Shown one piece after another: positions 40,360-54,301 of a stretch of 64,000 bases of DNA. The translations under genes were made by a program, and so were the position numbers. Each line of letters opens with the position of its first letter. Position 1 is the stretch's first letter. Location: assembly GCA_010909165.1 (NCBI GenBank), contig MU008163.1, positions 1,984,001 through 2,048,000 on the forward strand, read 5' to 3'. Origin of the DNA: Anthoceros angustus. Taxonomy: Eukaryota > Plantae > Anthocerotophyta. A model generated the notes under the pieces. It was given only the letters and a program-made list of their open reading frames with translations. It searched no databases and was not told the origin of the DNA.

Positions 40360-42954
40360 AATTAATAAAGTATTTCATCACTCCCACTCACTTTGAAGTA
40401 GGGCAGAAAAGAAGCTAGAAAATGAGCCTAATATGGCAACATAATTCCCACTGCAAAATAAGATGTTCAGCTAAAAAGGAAGACCAAAAGTAAGTCAGTA
40501 AACCAAAGAAATAACTTCTAATAGCTTAATAGGGATAACTGCCAAAATATAATAGGGCAATATCCTATAAGGAAAATAGGCTAAAAGGTAAATAGGCCAA
40601 GGGATAATAGGTGAGTGTCCCGCCTCTTCTGCAAGCCTGTACATGAAAAAAGGTTGCAGCTTTCAAAGTTTGACAGGTGCAGGGGCTTTGGCAAGGAGGA
40701 AGCAACCCCGACCGCGCACGGGGGATATGGCGCGAGGTCGCCATCGTCGCTGCAGGAGGGAGATGCTGTCAACGCGCCGTCATGCACGTGTCGCCTATGA
40801 CTCGCGTGCGTCCTTACAGCAGCGGGATGTTCTTCCCAAAGTCCTGTTGTAGAAGATGCCTTCCACCAAATACGGGGGATACGCGTTCCTATTGTCTCCA
40901 CAAGAGCACCACTAGAAGCTACGAATAACATTGCGAAGAGTACGTACATGACACTATCAAAGGAGCTCATATCCTCTATATCTCCAAGATGTAAAAGATG
41001 AGAAGCTTTGGCATACAACATAGTCTGAAGCATAAAGTAAATGACAGGATCCATATATAAAAAATAATACTAAATAATAATAAGTGTAATATGAAGGAAA
41101 TATGAAGTACTCAACACAAAGAAACACAAGTACATAGGGGCTTGGTTGCCTTCATGTAGGCAGTCTGGAGAAGGAAAAGGATTGGTTCCGCTTTATGAAG
41201 AGCGGGTTGGGCAAGGGAAGCAAAGGGCGGTGCCGGGTTGCCCTGGCTGTACAGCGGGTGTTCCTAAACCAGGCCATAAAATTAACGAGAAAAAGGCATT
41301 CACACAAATAACGAGTATGACACCTTTGCGTTCCTTTCACCTATACACGAGGATTTTATGGACGGAGGCACAACTCAATGTAAGTAGGCCTTGAGTCGGT
41401 GAGGAGCTGGGGTGTGCAGATTTAAATGTTTAATGGTCATAGTTTTATATAACTATTTTAAAATTTATATTTAAATTTGATTGGCTAAAATTTTTAAATT
41501 TTTTTATAAAATTTATATAAATACTTTTAGATACAGACAGAAATCCCATAACAATTGAAAGCCCCGCAATATGGCACTAACAATTGGCAGGACAAAGGGG
41601 TGGCAACTTCGCACACTACCGAGTAAAAGGAGCAGGGAATGAATGACACCCCATCCCAGCACTGATCCGTGCCAAGCACACTTATAGACTATGGAGAGTT
41701 CCCATGAACCCCATTAGTATATGGATGTCAGTCCTCGAAGGAAGGAAGGACTTGATTGTCCATAGGAGCTATCCTTGTCCATAGAGGCTATCCTGTGATG
41801 AGAGGACGTAAACTCAAAGCATTTGCGTATCCATGGACCAAGCATACCATCCGTGTACATACGCCTACGATTCTCTGCTACGGTTTCTCGAAACGATCGG
41901 TAATGGATAGGATACCTAACGGACGGATCGCTCATGCACGCGAAGCGCGGGCATCTTCCCGTACCGTCATTTACGGGCCTGGGTTCGGCGATGGCTCTGC
42001 AGGTGGGCTGGACATGGCTGTGCAATCTCTGGCGATCCGTTATCTTCGAATTGGAGATGCACATGTACATATATCTATCACCTCCACACGTACCGTTGTA
42101 CAGATGTAGCCGTCATTCATGCCAGAAGCTCCTGGAGGGCACTGGCAGGTGAGAATAAAAGGTGTGGAACCCTGGTTGCCTTCCCTCACGTGGTGTTTCC
42201 ACGCCATCTCACCTGCCCCTCATGTCTGGTGGACAACGACGAAGAATATCTTATTATTTACAAAGGAACGCCAGCCTAAGTGGACTGCAGCTGAAAGTCT
42301 CCATTCCATGCCTTTCCCTCTCCCGAATGTTGACGCTTGCTACTTGCGGGACCGAATAGTCTGATGAGCCGCGGTTGTTGACTGCCTACTACACCCAAAT
42401 GCAGATGCGGATGCGGATCAACGTGACTCACATTTGTACCGTGCCGGATTTGACAGCCCACCGGAGCCGAAGATGACCAAAAGCTTTCTTCCACCTGGCT
42501 GACAGGGGCCATCTCTGCAGAGCAGATTTTTCATTCGCCCAACAATCAGAGGCCCTGGAAAATATTTTCCTGTGTCCTGGGGGTCGCAGAGATGAAAGCT
42601 GTGAATGCTAAAATTATCCCAAGCACGACTCTTGACAATCCTGCCCACTGCCCAATTACAGTGACTACCGTCAACGTCGTCAGCAGACTATTCGTGGGCG
42701 ACGGCACCTGGATCGGGGGAAGCTGCTCTCGAATTGCTCTATGATTTATCAGATCGTTGATGTAGAGGAGTGTGAAGAGCCCGGTTTCCTAGACGCCAGC
42801 CCAGATCTCTCTCCGTTGCGGATTCTCTCTCCCCGGGAGCCTTCCATGATTGCTGGCTTGCCCGGGAGTCTGGAGGGAGGAGCTCGCAGACTGGGAGAAC
42901 CCAGCTCTCTTGTCGCATTGATGCGAAGGGTGTGAAAGCGCTTGGTGGGTGCTC

Positions 42955-45900
42955 ATGGCTCTGCAGCTTTATGCTCCCTCTGTTGCGATCTGGGAGACGC
43001 GGCGCGGTGTCGCTACCCCCGCCCCGGGCCAGCTCACGGGGAATTGGAGGGTGCGGGGCGGGGAGGTGGGATTCTCGGGGAGGCACAGGAATCCGATCCG
43101 GGTGGCTCGGTCCAGGAGGTCGAAGGTGGTGTGGGTGTCGGCGTCCGTGGCAGAGCGCGCGGCTGTAGCCCCCTCCAGGACGACCAGGTCGGGGCCCCTC
43201 ACATGGAAAGTGTCGATCTCCGCCGTGAAGCCCACAAGGCCGAATCCCGTGGGCGAGATGCTGCTGGCCCTGGAGGATTACGTCTTCAAGAGGCACATCG
43301 AGGTGGCCTTCATCAGCGAGGAAGTGGATCCCGGTACGTGCCTTGCCCAGAAATGCTGTATTGCTGAGAACGCTTGAGATTATCTGAGACCCAATGCCCT
43401 GGATTGATCAGCCACCGGGAGCGGGAGGAGGAGCGTGGCTCGCCCGGTCACCAATTTCTGGGAGAAGACCTTCGTGGGTGGCAAGGTGGAGTACAACGCT
43501 GAGGTGATGGTGGATGAGGATTTCGGGGTGCCAGGGGCGATCAGCCTGCTCAACAAGCATTCCTCGGAGTTCTTCGTGGCCTCAGTGAGCCTCGTGCCCG
43601 AATCGCCGCTGGCCAAACCCATCTACCTCAGCGCGCAGTCGCACATTCACAGCACCAAGGACTGCCCCGATCCCCGGATCATCTTCTCAAACAAGGTTTG
43701 GTTTGCTAGCTCATGGCACCTTGCGTGCCTGGAAATCCTCTGGTTGCCAGGCTTTGAGTGATTTGATCCTGAGCGTGCGTGCTGGTGGGTGCAGCCGTGT
43801 CTGCCTCAGGACACGCCGGAGGGGCTGGTGGCGGAGCGGGAGAAGGAGCTCGGCGTGCTCAGAGGAGATGGCAGCGGGGAACGCAAGTACTGGGAGCGCG
43901 TTTACGACTACGATACGTATAACGATCTGGGGAACGTGGATTTTGATTCCAAGCTCAAGAGGCCGGTGCTGGGGAACAAGGATTTGCCGTATCCCAGGAG
44001 GACGAGGACCGGCCGCCGGCCATCTAGAGGAGGTGACATTTGGAGTGAGAATTTTGTGGGCGGGCATTGGCAGGTCGGACTCCGAGTGTTTCTGAAATGG
44101 GCGTCTGTGGGTGCCTCCCTGCAGATCCGTGTCAGGAGAGCCAGACGATGGGGATCAAAAGAAACTACATTCCCAGAGACGAGAACTTTGAGGAGGTGAA
44201 GGGGTTCGAGTTCGTTGCGGATGCCCTGAGGGGAGTGGTGCTGGCCCTCATCCCGGCGGTTCAGACCGCGCTGACAGACACGCCCACCGAGTTCGACAGG
44301 CTGGATGATGTCGATGACTTGTACGTGGGCGACAATGGTGTGCCCAAGACCTTCATGAATAGGATTGGGAAGTGGACTGGCTATTGGACCAAGTATCCGA
44401 TTCCGCAGCTGCTAGTGGGTGAGTCGAAGCGTGGTGGATGGAATGCGGGTGCGGGTTTTTTGGGTTGTGGTGAGCTGGGATTTGGTGCTGATGGCTTATT
44501 CTTTTCTCTCTTTGGATTGGTGGGTATTCGCAGGAGATAAGCTGAGGTGGACCAGAGACGATGAGTTTGGGAGGCAGATTTTGGCAGGGATGAATCCTAT
44601 GGTTGTGCAACGGCTCAAGGTATGGGGTGGTTTTCGTTTTGGTGGCTGATGGGCAAGGTGGGTGCTGCATCAACGTATGTATGTGTGAGTTATGGTTGTG
44701 TTGTTGGGTAATGGTTTAGGTTTTTCCGCACAAGAGTTCTCTGGACGAGGCTGAGTATGGGCCCAGTACGTCTACCATCACGGCCGAGCACTTGGAGAAG
44801 AACCTCCAAGGCCTGACAGTGGAGCAGGTATGTGGTTGCTTGGAATCGTGGTTGAGAAGCTAGAATAAAAGCAGCAGCTCGAAGGAGTAAAATGTTAGTT
44901 GAGGAAGGATGAAGGTGCTGATGGGTTTGAGGTTTGCAGGCTATGGAGCAGAACAGGCTGTACTTCGTGGACTACCACGACGACGTCCTGCCGTTTGTGA
45001 ACAGTTTTAGGAGTATGGGGGATGGGAGGAAAGTATACGCGCCTTTGGTTATCCTGTTCTACACTTTGGAGGGTGCCTTCAAGCCTGTGGCCATCGAGCT
45101 CAGCCTTCCTCCTCCAGAGGCTGGGGGAAGGGGGCTGAAGAGGGTCTTCACCCCTGGAACGGATGCAACCAGTTCCTGGCTATGGCTGTTTGCCAAGATC
45201 CACTTTTCCACGATCGACTTGGCTTTCCACGAACTGTACAGCCACTGGTGAGGATTCTCATTGTCTGGAAGGCAGGCCTGCATGTCTACAACTGGTGCAC
45301 TGTCCTCACGGAAGGGAAGCTTTGCAATGCCTGCAGGGTCAGGTCCCACGCTGTTACGGAGCCTTACATCATCGCCTCCAACAGGCACTTGAGCGCAATG
45401 CACCCCGTGTACAAGCTGCTTCGCCCTCATTTCCGCTACACCATCGAGATGAACAGCGTCGGGAGGAAGACGCTGATTGCTTCAGGCGGCATCATCGAGC
45501 GGTGCGTGTTCACCGGCAAGTACTCCATGCAAATCGGTGCCCTCATGTACGGGAAGAAATGGAGGTTCGACCAGGAGAACTTTCCTGCAGATCTGGTGGC
45601 CAGGTATGCCGCCCAGCAGTTCCTTCAAATTTCCTTCATGAACTCTTAATTGCCGCTCACCCATCCCATCCTACCCTATCCGGGTGTGCAGAGGCATGGC
45701 CGAGTGGGATCCCCTGGCTCCTCAAGGCGTGAAGTTGCTGCTGGAAGACTACCCTTTTGGAGCCGATGGGCTGCTCCTGTGGGGGGCCATCAAGGAGTTC
45801 GTGCAGGACTACGTCTTCCTCTACTATTCTGACAGTGTCAAGGTGAAAGGCGATTTCGAGCTCCAGGCGTGGTGGGAGGAGATCAGAACGGTGGGGCATG

Positions 45901-46442
45901 CCGACAAGGCACACGAGCCTTGGTGGCCTGAGCTCAACACCAAAGAGGACCTCGTGAACGTGCTATCCACCATGATCTGGGTGTGCTCCGCCCACCATGC
46001 ATCAGTGAACTTCGGGCAGTACACTTACGGAGGATTTATGCCCAACAGGCCCTGCAACGCAAGGCGCTACATCCCGCAAGAGGGAGAACCGGAGTGGGAG
46101 GAATTTCTGGCACACCCAGACAGATTCCTGCTCAGCATGCTGCCAGACCAGCCGGAGTCGACGGTCCAGATGCTGGTGACGGCGTCTCTGGCGACTCATG
46201 CCGGAGACGAGGAATATTTGGGCTTCAGACGGGACCACTGGACAGCAGACGAGAAGGCTATCAAGCTCAGCAACAAGTTTGCCAAAGCCTTGGAGGCCAT
46301 CCAAGGGGTATTTGAAAGCAGGAACCAAAATCCCAAGAACAAATTGCGGTTTGGAGCTGGCGTCCTCCCCTACCAACTCCTTTATCCCAAATCTACCCCT
46401 GGATGTACAGGGCGAGGTGTACCCAATAGCATTTCCGTGTAG
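42955..46442 (+). CDS. LOX: Lipoxygenase (PLAT plus catalytic domain), about 9 exons, transit-peptide-like N-terminus
   Basis: [36 protein letters not shown]. Iron ligands [21 protein letters not shown] and C-terminal GVPNSISV*. Confidence 0.95.
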
Positions 46443-47030
46443 ACCCATAAACCTTGTACACACAGGAGGAACGATACCACAGCAGTGCAATTCAACAGTT
46501 ATTTTAGCTAAACATCGTAGAACTAACAGTTCGGCATTCCAAATTTCAAACTCCATGTCGCCTGTGAACACCCATAAACATGACTGGATGGTCAAAATCT
46601 TTCTGCCAACATGGCAAAGCTACCTAACAGGTGTCTGGATTATCTTGCCAGCAAACGGTAATCTCGGTTACCAGCCAGCTAGAGGCAGCTGAGAAGAATC
46701 TCCGATCCCTTCTCTTCACACAAGGAGATCAAGTTCTAAACCGTCTTGGAAGGTGGGCTTGACCTGATAGCAAGGCCTTCCAGATTAAATCTACAATCAA
46801 TGGAGTATTACAATGGCACCAACACAAAACTTACAATTGTCGATGCACTAAGCCAGGGAGCTCATTGACGTCCACTGAGAGGGTCGACGCTGCACAGTGG
46901 CCACTTAAGGATGGCCGTATGGAAACTCTCCGTGAAGGAACCTGATCCAAGCCAGCAGGTCAAGACTCGCACCCGACAACAAAGGCTAACCAACTGCTGG
47001 ACATAACCACCAGCTTGCAGATTTGTAAAG

Positions 47031-50000
47031 TTACAAATGTTCGTCCTGCGCAACTGACTGGTCATAGTCACTCCGCCAATAATTAACATCATTATAATCA
47101 GCAATCCCTACTCCATCCTGAGACCTAGCCTCTGCGTCTTTCTCAAGAGCTGCTCCCACATGTGGCAAAATTGGACCGGCTTCTCCCACGATGCCTTCCT
47201 TCAACGCCTTTTCCATTGCTTTGGCAGTACCATCTGGTTCCACTCCCACAAACTTCACAGGGCTTCCGAACAAACTCTCCCCTACCTTGGGGCCTCCAGG
47301 ACCTTCGTCTTTATGGTTTTCCAAGATGGGGGCTGAACTAACATCTGGAAAATCACTAGCACCAGGGTCTGCACTGCCTTCGAAAACTACCACTCGCTCC
47401 AACAGATCAGAGTTGGAGGTCTCCACAGGCTCCATGGAACCTCCAAATCTTGAATCAAAGGGATTGTCGAAAGGATTATTCTCACCAAGTGAATCTCTGC
47501 CTGATGTTCCCACAACATCCGCAGACTTCACAGAAAATGGATATGGATTCCGTTCATCCAACTGGAACAATGATAGACTATCTATCAACCCAACCTTTTG
47601 GAGATCATTTGAAAGATCCTGGACAGAATGGAGATTTGTGTCCCTGTTATGACCAAGCGCATCATCTTCTTGATCATCAAAATGAGCGTCAAAACCGCTA
47701 GAGAAAATATGATGGCTTGAGGACGTAGCTGTATCCACAAGGTCATCATCTTCACAAACCACCACTTCATCATCACTGCTGCTGCCACCGCTGCTATTAG
47801 GTGACGACGTCAGATTTTGGCCATCTTCACGAGAAGACAGAAAAAAGGGGGACAGTGACCAGCCAGGGTTGTTCCCAAACAGGCTGTCTTTCCTACACAC
47901 AACGAGAAAACCCCCATCACCCAAGAGTACCGGCAAGCTGGAGTGCAAGAGAACAGAGCTATTAGGACAAACTGTCAGGCATCCTATCACCCAGCCACTG
48001 TGTACTAACCACTCGACGTACAGAGCACAGATGAGTAACAGAGTACAGAAAAGTTACACACTCAGTAGCTTGAACCTACCTTTCAATTCCATCAGTACGA
48101 TGATATGGAGCAATGACCACTTCTTGCTCCTCATCAAAGAACATTTCCTGTACGTTGCCCAGCAATCAGAAACATACAAACTAATTCCATACCAACACCT
48201 ACAAGCAAAAGATTCCAGCTCCTAACAGATTGATGGACATCAAATATTCAAGAGACGAATAACATCCACCAACTCACATTTTCTCCATTTGCTCCAGGGC
48301 CCTGCAGAAAGGAAAAGAAAAAAGCATGAGGACAGGCTGTACATGCTTCACCCTTCTCTGAACCGAGCACACCCTGCCACTTCAAATATTCTGTTCCTCA
48401 TTTAACACATTGCACCAGTAACCACATACCTCTTCTACATCCTCATTGTCGAACATATCTGTGGTGCAATACACTTCACGAGTTAAGTTGTTGGTCATGG
48501 TGGAGATATCATAATCCCGCTCACGAAAATCGTCCTCATCACTATCAGCTCGGCGATCTATGGCTGTTGGCCGCCTACATTCCACAACAAGAATGTCAGC
48601 ACCTCCAAGACAGCACCAGCCACAGCACATAGAAACAGAATTTTCTGCAGTACAAAGCCAGCAGGAACCCGCTTCCCCTTCTTGTGTCGGTGAACCTTGT
48701 AAATCACTCACCCACAATTCCAATTGTATACATTCTCGATGCTATTACGGTCGGTAAGAGTACTAGTGACCCATTCGCCCCACTTTGGATTTGCCTGTTC
48801 AAGAAATAACATTGTAATCTATGATTTGTCATTCACAAACAACAGCAAAACATTCCTATTCGTAGAGACAAGAGAGAAGTCCAACCAGAAACTCCCAGAC
48901 ACACAAAATGCAAAAGTCAAGCAGGAAATGGCTTTTCGTGGCCAGGTCCAGATTAACTGGGCCAACGAGAAATGCTTCCCCTCTCCAAAGATGGGGAACA
49001 AAGTCACCAGAACTCAAAGTCACCAGAAATCAAGTTCTCAGTCACATCCACTCACCAGAATTCAAATAGATTATCTGCATGGTTAGATCACGGAACAACG
49101 TTGGCACACAAACCTGAAGATGCGCTTGTATCAAAGGGCCGGTGCTCTCAGCTAGCTTATTTGCAATTCTTGTTAGATGACCCATATTACCTATCCTTAT
49201 CTGACGTTTTCCTGGCGATACCTTGGGCTAACAAGACAAAGTTCAAAAAGTTAGCACTTCCAGAAGGCTCAGAACTGAAATAAGCTGCCAACCCACTGAT
49301 GGCATAGTCAGAGGAGGACAAAAGGGACGTTGAAGTGGCCTAAGAAGGACAAACCTCTGTGTGTCCCTTGCTCACAAAAGGTTCTTCATCCGCTTGAAGT
49401 AATCTTCCAAGAAAGTCACATTTGATGAACAGGTCATCAATTACTAGTTGCCTGTTACTTACGATACAAGAGTTCAAGATGCTCTCTACATGATGGTGCA
49501 ACATGTTGTTGAAAGGGTAGCTGCAAGGGCCAAAACACAGGTCAACAGAGACTCAAGCCTATTCCAAAGCGTGTCTGAATCCTGTGTAGTCCCACTTTAG
49601 ACTTGCTCAACTTAAACAACCACTTACTCAAAGAAGAGATTGAGGACCATCTCAGTTGCATTCTGACGGACTAGTTCCTGCTGGACTCCATCACTATTAG
49701 TCCTAAACAAGACTGCAATAAATTCGACAACCTGTTGCACCACAAATTGATTCACATGTCAGTACAACAGTTCAGACGCAGTCTCACGCCAATGACAAGC
49801 CTGCCAGAGATACACGTAGCTCCAAAAATGAGAACAGGCACACAGCTCACAGTCAGCCTAACCTTGAGCCTGTGAATTCCAAGAGGGGGTTTCAACTGGC
49901 CATAGGTCGTCGGCAGGATCTGTGCTTCATCACCCGATACATCCAATAACTTGAGCAACTCTCCTGTTGAAGCCAGACATGAGAGCCAACCCTACTCTTG

Positions 50001-52249
50001 AGCTCCCCATCCAGTGCAATAGCAAGAACAAAATACAACACAATCAAAGTGCTCCCAAGGAACAGTTCCCAATCATTGAGCGCCACTAATCCAACACACC
50101 TAAGTAGGCAGAAACAAATTGCACAGGCTGTCATTAAAGTCAGGCTCTCACCTAGCCTGGAAAGCATGGCATCTGTTGGATTCGCTGTGGGCAAGGGTTC
50201 TGAGAAGAGCTGTCCGCGTGCAGCAGCTGCAGCTGCTAGTGACGCTGCCCTCTTTGGATCCAAGAGAGCACAACACACAGACAGCGAGTGGACAAGGGTA
50301 GACTTGCACTGAGGGTCCTCCAACACATGATCAAACAGGCTTGCCACAAACCTGCTACATACAGTACGAGGAAAAACCTCAGAAACAGGATTCCCAAATT
50401 GTGACCCTGACTGTCATTAACTCCACAGGACAATGACGTTTTGTGCCAGTATGTACCTGGATGTTGCCAGTTTTGAAGCAAGAGCTGACGGAGCAATACG
50501 TGTCACTGCTGACAATGTGTCGGCAGCATTTGCATGTACCTCGGGAGGAAACTATGCAACGAAGCACACCCGATCAGATAAGATGAAGAAACAGAACAGT
50601 CTCAAGGTAATGCATGCTACATTGGAGCACACCTCTGGGCTTAATTTTTCCACAAGCAGTTCCAGCAAGTTTGTGTCAGCCAGCCATTGCAGGGAGACCG
50701 AGTGGAAAGCATGTATATGCTCATCAGCACCAACAAGCCGGATTAGCACCTGAAACAACACCATTGCATAAGGCTGTCTACCTCTCCAAGAACACACTGA
50801 AAAAACGCTCTGCCAAGGATAAACATTCATCACGCTGAATGTGAAGCAACTTTGAAACACATTGCGCACACAGCAGATAACTTAACTAATTTCAGAGGAC
50901 AAAAATACCTCCATAATCGAGGTGATATCAATCAAATTCACCAAATTGTTCAATATTTCTTGATGTGTCTGGATAGATTACAAGCTACACATGAAACCGC
51001 TGGCTGGGCCAAGAAGAAAAATGGAGATAAATTTGTTAGCTTAAAACAGAAGAAATAATCCCAAATTGCCTCACTTGCAAATATCGCATCACAGCTCCTG
51101 TCTTCCTGATTAGCAAACATATGACAACCTGTGAAACGAGACAGTGATGAATAAGGTACAAAAATGAAATCGACGTTCCTCTTGTGCTTAGTCCACAGGC
51201 CTCAATTTGCGCCTCTGTGTCCTTACAAACGAACCTTACTGAAGTATCCAGACAACAAAGTGCCATGCGGTCGGGACGGCTCCAAGAACCCAAACAGCAT
51301 ATTCATGAGCTGCAACGCAAGAAATACAATCTAGTGAATTGGCATAGCCTGCATAGCACCACCCATGGGAGCATGCAAACGTTTGACCCAAACTATCATC
51401 ACAGAGTAACAAACGGAACCCCTCTCATAGCAATAGACACTGACTATGCCAGGATACGCAAGTTGAAGCCACTGACCTCCTCATCCTCTACAAGAGTCTT
51501 GAAAATTGCATCAATTTCACATGTGAAGACCTCACAGGCAACAAATGGAAACCTGCAAAAGACTGGCAAAGATCACCAACAGAGTCCCTGGCCTTGACAG
51601 CCACCTTGTGGCCACAACCATACTCACTTAAACCTCTACAGATTTGCATGTAAGCAGAGTAACATCATACTTGTATGCACGCCCGTTATCAGCTTCCTCC
51701 GGAGGCTCCTCTATCACATACCGCAGCATTTGCTGTACTTGGGGCTTACCCCGCAGGCTGTAGGTTAAAAAACCCCAAGTTAGGCCAGAAGGAGTAAGGG
51801 CAGCGTATTGGCGGGTAAGAAAACAAACGATATGCCATTTCTCCTGCAGTTGCCCCTAAGCTGCTAATTCGCCACTTTACATGGAAAAGTTCGACGTTTC
51901 ACACCCACTCTTACACCTCCAAGTTTTTGAGACTTACAAGCTGATGAGGCGGCTGTTGACCGCTTTACACTCCTGTATGATATCCTCCTCATTGAGGAGC
52001 TCTTCAAGGGTGTACACATCCTTGTCAAGTATCGAATCGACCTACACCAAGATAGTATCCGTCAGAGCGTTCTCCAGTAACAGCTTAACCGGCATGATAC
52101 AGTCAGGTCCACTTGAGCAGATCAATAGCTGGCCTGGACAGAGATCCATGCCTCCGACCCATGGTTCGCAATCCAGACGGTAGGCCGATAAGCGAGCATC
52201 GTGCACTTACAGGTGACGTAGTAGAAATGCCAGCCACGCGCCAAAACAT
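47031..52249 (-). CDS. SIT4 phosphatase-associated (SAPS/PP6 regulatory subunit) family protein, many exons
   Basis: MFWRVAGISTTSP/VDSILDKDVYTLEELLNEEDIIQECKAVNSRL, LIRLVGADE, LQWLADTNLL..KLSPE, VHSLSVCCALLDP, KPPLGIHRLK, acidic tail and terminal NDVNYWR motif. Confidence 0.93.
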
Positions 52250-53248
52250 TTTCTTCAGAAATCCGTCTATGTCTGCAAAGTGTCTTTCCCCCGTGCAGAA
52301 GCACCGGGCGATCCCCAATCCACCAGAAACCCAAAACCTGCAATTCCCGCGTCACGCCCTCCCCAAAGATCTCAAAGATAGCGGTGGCGCCCGCCGCAAC
52401 GTCCACCGACCCGTTCAAGAACGCGAATTCCAAGCTGCGAGCTACAGCCTCAGACCTACGAAACGGGAGCCCCCGCGGCCTGCCCCTGTCCCGCCCGCTC
52501 CCACCACCTTCATCCCCCTGCCAACCCTAGCGCCCGACATCCCCTGCGATTCCCCCACGTGCCCGTCGCGTGCAGGGCCAACCCTAGCCCAGGGCGCCCC
52601 AGATCCGGGCCTCACACTCCCGCGCGCATCCACAGCCTGCACCGCCAGGGCCTCCGCATGGACCCGCCCCCGGGCGCGCGCGAGCTCTCTGGACGCGGCT
52701 GCAATGGCCGGAGGAGCTGCTATGTGTCCCCCTCCTCCTTCCGACGCTGCGGCCTGCTGCGAGCTGAGCTGCGGGCGCCGGAGCTGGAGCTGCTGCTGTT
52801 GCTGCGGCGGCGGGCGCGGCTGCCGCACCAGGAGCTCGGGACGCAGCTGCGAGCCCACGCGGAGTCTGCTATGGAGGCCGGCTCTGCGGGTAGATGGCAC
52901 GCGAGGGCTCGCTCGGGCGCACGCAGGTGAGACAAAGACTGCCTCGCAAAGTTGCCTTCCTTTCCAACGCGAGGAGAGAGAAGCACAGCACGGGCAAGTC
53001 TGGCCCTGGCACACCACCTGAAGCAGATCGCCTTCCCGGACCTGGTAACTTGTTACATACCTTCCTTTCGCATTACCCTTCAAACATGTACCACAAATCC
53101 TTCCCCACGCCAAATCACTCTCTTTGATACCTACATCTATGTATCCACGCCGACTGTATCCAATATAAACGTTTTCATTAACTGGCTGAGAGATCTGTAA
53201 CTTTGTCTCTCTCTATGTATCTATTATATAGATACGGATGGTTATAAG

Positions 53249-53288
53249 ACTCGAACTCGAATTCGAACTCGAACTAGAACTCGAACTC
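53249..53288. repeat. Hexamer microsatellite (ACTCGA)n
   Basis: ACTCGAACTCGAATTCGAACTCGAACTAGAACTCGAACTC is visible. Confidence 0.85.
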
Positions 53289-54301
53289 AATCATTATAGT
53301 CCGTTAACATGTACATCTTTTATTCGGTCTTTTATATACATTGTCCTTCGAAGAAGGTACATAAAAAATATCATGTGATATATCACTGAAAATAAGTATT
53401 TAATGACTTTTTCTGCCACCTGTATTAACTTAAAGACAACTACGGTCATACAAATAATGTTGCATATCATATCGTATACCCTCCGTCAGAGTATTGATGA
53501 CTATTTTCATTTTGTGCACTTCCTCCGAAGACAATTATAGGACTTTATTCAAAAAATCTCATTTGTTATGTACATATGCACTGGACTGTACTCTCTGAAC
53601 ACAAGTATTCAATGATTGTTTTCACCTCGTGCACTTACTTTGAAGACGACTGCAATTTCTATGTGTATGTACATATTTTGTGACTCTCTAACTAGGCACC
53701 TCACTTTACACTGAACTAAGACTCCGTTTGTTACTCTCTTCTAAGCCAACATGACAAACCTAGGACATGTTTTTCAAGTATGATGCATAACAAACTTAGG
53801 ACATTTGCCAAGATGTGTCTTTGTGATGGGCGCAGTGAACACCTTGCAAAAGTTCTACAATATGATCCACCAATGTATATCCGCATCTGTATACCCGATG
53901 TTTATATTTTATAGTATAAACCTTTAAAGGTAAATAGTAAAAGGCATTGACATTCGGAGATTCCAAGGGAGTTCCACAGTGCAAACCCACCAATGGATAT
54001 TGTCTCCCGATTTTCATATTTTATTGTATAAAAATTTAAAGGTAAATTGTAAAAGGCACTCACATTTAGAGATTCAAATCATTGTTTGTGGTCTCACTTT
54101 GGTGGTCTCAAATAATGCACATATATCTATTGCACATAATTTTTTTAGTGAATCTCTTTTAGATTATTATATAGAATAACAACAAATTGACAAATAGCCG
54201 AGAAGGCTAGAACTAGCTATGTTGGCTGTCCCTCCCTTATAATACGGTAGGATACTTCATCAACTAACGCTAACTTGAAAGCTATGCTTTTGCTAATATT
54301 A

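Noticed and set aside
45225-45250. HEL instead of HQL next to the LOX iron ligand as a novelty
   Set aside because: Glu at this second-sphere position occurs in other plant and animal LOXs, so it is not distinctive.
52113-53113. 302-aa (+) and 223-aa (-) ORFs
   Set aside because: Very GC-rich, low-complexity DNA upstream of the SAPS ATG, best explained as 5' leader or promoter. A uORF cannot be excluded.
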